DNA of 64,000 nucleotides from an uncultured Planctomycetota bacterium (GTDB taxonomy: Bacteria > Planctomycetota > Planctomycetia > Isosphaerales > Isosphaeraceae), in contig CAVTTN010000002.1 in assembly GCA_963737655.1 (NCBI GenBank), forward strand, positions 928,001 through 992,000, given 5' to 3'. This document shows positions 62,010-64,000 of the stretch, in pieces (position 1 is the stretch's first letter; each line of letters opens with the position of its first letter). The position numbers and the translations under genes were made by a program. Below the pieces are notes generated by a model, which worked only from the letters and a program-made list of their open reading frames with translations, had not been told where the DNA came from and made no database searches.

Positions 62010-63605
62010 ATGGCCGACGCGCACGCGAACCGTTTCTATCTGACCACCGCGATCGACTACCCCAACAGCCGCCCCCACATCGGGACGGCCTTCGAGAAGA
62101 TCGGCGCCGACGCCCAGGCCCGCTTCCGACGGATGGAGGGGCTCGCCGTCCATTTCCAGATGGGCAACGACGAGAACACCATCAAGGTCTCCCAGCGCGC
62201 CGAAGAGCTCGGGATGGAGCCGAAGCCGTACGTCGACGACATGGCCCGCCAGTTCCAGGAGGTCTGGAAGGCCCTGGAGATCTCCAACGACGGCTTCATC
62301 CAGACCAGCGAGGAGCGCCACCACGTCGGCTGCCGCAAGTTCATCCAGGCGGTCCATGATGCGGGCGACATCTACAAGAAAGCGTATACCGGCCTCTATT
62401 GCGACGGCTGCGAGGCGTTCAAGACCGAGAAGGAGCTGGTCGACGGCCGCTGCCCGAACCACCCCAATCGGCCCCTGCGCTACGTCGAGGAGGAGAACTA
62501 CTTCTTCCGCCTCTCCGCCTTCGCCGACCGCCTGCTCGCCCATTACGAGGCCCACCCCGAGTTCATCGAGCCCGAGAGCCGGAGGAACGAGATCACCAGC
62601 CTCGTGAAATCGGGCCTGCAAGACGTCGCGATCAGCCGGAAGGGCTTCACCTGGGGCATCAAGGTCCCGTTCGACGAGGACCAGACGATCTACGTCTGGT
62701 TCGACGCCCTGCTGAACTACATCACGGCCATCGGCTACGGGACCGACGACGAACGATTCCGGCAAATCTGGCCGGCGGACGTTCACGTGATCGGCAAGGA
62801 CATCACCCGGTTCCATTGCGCGTTGTGGCCCGCCATGCTGATGTCGGCCGGCCTGCCGCTGCCGAGGCAGGTTTTCGGCCACGGCTTCGTCTATCGCAAG
62901 GACGAAGGCACGGGCGAGGTCCAGAAGATCAGCAAGAGCCTGGGCAACGTCGTCGAGCCGATGGACATCATCGCGAGGTTCTCGGCCGAGGGGTTCCGCT
63001 ATTATTTCCTCAGCCAGTGCCCGTTCGGAGGGGACGGCGAGTTCTCGTTCGAGAGGTTCGCCGAGGTCTACAACGCCGGGCTGGCGAACAACCTGGGGAA
63101 CCTCTACAGCCGGATCCTCTCGATGTGCCTGAAGTACTTCGACGGCACGCTCGCCGGGGCCTCCGAGGTGGACGTCTCCGCCTGGAGAGGGGGCGCCGAC
63201 CTCGGGCCTCTGGTCGAGGAACTCCGCGGCCTCGTCTCGACGTTCGCGTTCAACGTGGCGTTGCAAAAGATCTGGCAGGACGTGCTCGACCCGGCGAACA
63301 AGTACATCCAGACGACCGAGCCGTTCAAGCTGATCAAGATCGACCCCGACGCCTGCCGAGGCGTCCTGGTGAACCTGGCCGACGCGCTCCGGATCACAGC
63401 GATCCTGATCAAGCCGTTCCTGCCCAGCACGGCCGGGACGTTCTTCTCGGCGTTCAACTTCGGCGACGCGGCGGCCTGGGAGACGATCGGCTATCGCGAC
63501 GCCGCCCGAGCCGGCCTCCCGGCCGATCTGAAGGTCACGGCGCCGGTCGTCTCGGGCAAGCCGGCCCCGCTCTTCCCGAAAATCGAGGCCCGGCCCGGCG
63601 ATTGA
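62010..63605 (+). CDS. metG: methionine--tRNA ligase (short form)
   Basis: FYLTTAIDYPN..PHIG, FIQTS, Y.GLYC..CE.F, EENYFF.LS, YVWFDALLNY, IGKDI.RFH..WPA.L, KISKSLGN. Confidence 0.95.
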   Translation: MADAHANRFYLTTAIDYPNSRPHIGTAFEKIGADAQARFRRMEGLAVHFQMGNDENTIKVSQRAEELGMEPKPYVDDMARQFQEVWKALEISNDGFIQTSEERHHVGCRKFIQAVHDAGDIYKKAYTGLYCDGCEAFKTEKELVDGRCPNHPNRPLRYVEEENYFFRLSAFADRLLAHYEAHPEFIEPESRRNEITSLVKSGLQDVAISRKGFTWGIKVPFDEDQTIYVWFDALLNYITAIGYGTDDERFRQIWPADVHVIGKDITRFHCALWPAMLMSAGLPLPRQVFGHGFVYRKDEGTGEVQKISKSLGNVVEPMDIIARFSAEGFRYYFLSQCPFGGDGEFSFERFAEVYNAGLANNLGNLYSRILSMCLKYFDGTLAGASEVDVSAWRGGADLGPLVEELRGLVSTFAFNVALQKIWQDVLDPANKYIQTTEPFKLIKIDPDACRGVLVNLADALRITAILIKPFLPSTAGTFFSAFNFGDAAAWETIGYRDAARAGLPADLKVTAPVVSGKPAPLFPKIEARPGD

Positions 63606-63643
63606 CCCGCCCGGCCGGCGCCATTTCGGGTTCGGACGCCCGC

Positions 63644-63659
63644 CGGCACGCGAGATGCA
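63644..63659 (+). promoter_or_regulatory. possible sigma54 (-24/-12) promoter
   Basis: CGGCACG-CGAG-ATGCA with exact GG-N10-GC spacing, upstream of the 63762 ORF. Confidence 0.4.
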
Positions 63660-63761
63660 AAGGAACCGGACGAATCCCACCCCGATTGGCCGATCATGAC
63701 GTAAGGTGAGTGTGGTGGGGAGGACTGGAAATTCATCGACCGTCCACGAAGGAGCCTGGTG

Positions 63762-63929
63762 ATGATCGACGCGCCCGAACTCGCCGTGACTCTGCCGCTG
63801 GACCTGCTCCGCCACCTCCGGGCCGAGTCGCGCCGGCTGGAGGTCCCGCTGGAATGGCTGATCGCCGCGGTCGTGGTCGAGACGATGGAGCCGGCCGAGG
63901 AGCGCGTCCTCCTGAGGGCCTCGGCCTGA
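63762..63929 (+). CDS. 55-aa ribbon-helix-helix-like small protein, absent from the ORF track
   Basis: AAGGAG RBS; MIDAPELAVTLPLDLLRHLRAESRRLEVPLEWLIAAVVVETME... Confidence 0.55.
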   Translation: MIDAPELAVTLPLDLLRHLRAESRRLEVPLEWLIAAVVVETMEPAEERVLLRASA

Positions 63930-64000
63930 CCCGCCGGCCGGCGACCGGGGATCACGACCGGGGCCGATGGGCCTCGGAGCGCGTCCTCGGGCCGGGCGTG

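Noticed and set aside
62070..62095. HIGT instead of HIGH in MetG as a sign of inactivity
   Set aside because: The fourth position of this motif varies among class I synthetases, and the other motifs are intact

Overview
High-GC bacterial chromosomal window, very probably from a planctomycete of the Isosphaeraceae. This rests on DUF1559 prepilin, LEPR-xLL, BatA/prenyltransferase-repeat and PEP-CTERM proteins, three Uma2 genes and two Ser/Thr kinases. Housekeeping genes (alaS, metG, ispG, a gabD-like dehydrogenase, a desaturase) are mixed with accessory genes, decaying toxin-antitoxin pairs and several families of REP-like palindromes. At least seven genes, including the essential alaS, carry single-base frameshifts, several clearly in G/C runs. 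These look like long-read assembly errors, so apparent fusions and pseudogenes need caution. Most notable: (1) a cobalamin riboswitch with its own promoter ahead of a DUF1559 prepilin / small lipoprotein / PepSY-TM cluster, a candidate non-canonical B12 or cobalt uptake module; (2) an apparently leaderless Y-family polymerase gene with a TGGAC-N4-GTCCA palindrome inside its promoter, followed by a minimal divergent SRAP/HMCES-like gene; (3) a LEPR-xLL exported protein ending in a JAB/MPN-like domain; (4) an HExxH peptidase with three Cys3-His repeats; (5) a kinase with 11 mosaic 102-bp TPR units; (6) a Tm-1-like/GNAT fusion. No rRNA, tRNA, CRISPR array, integrase, transposase or reverse transcriptase was recognised. 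All family assignments are from motif recognition by eye, not database searches.
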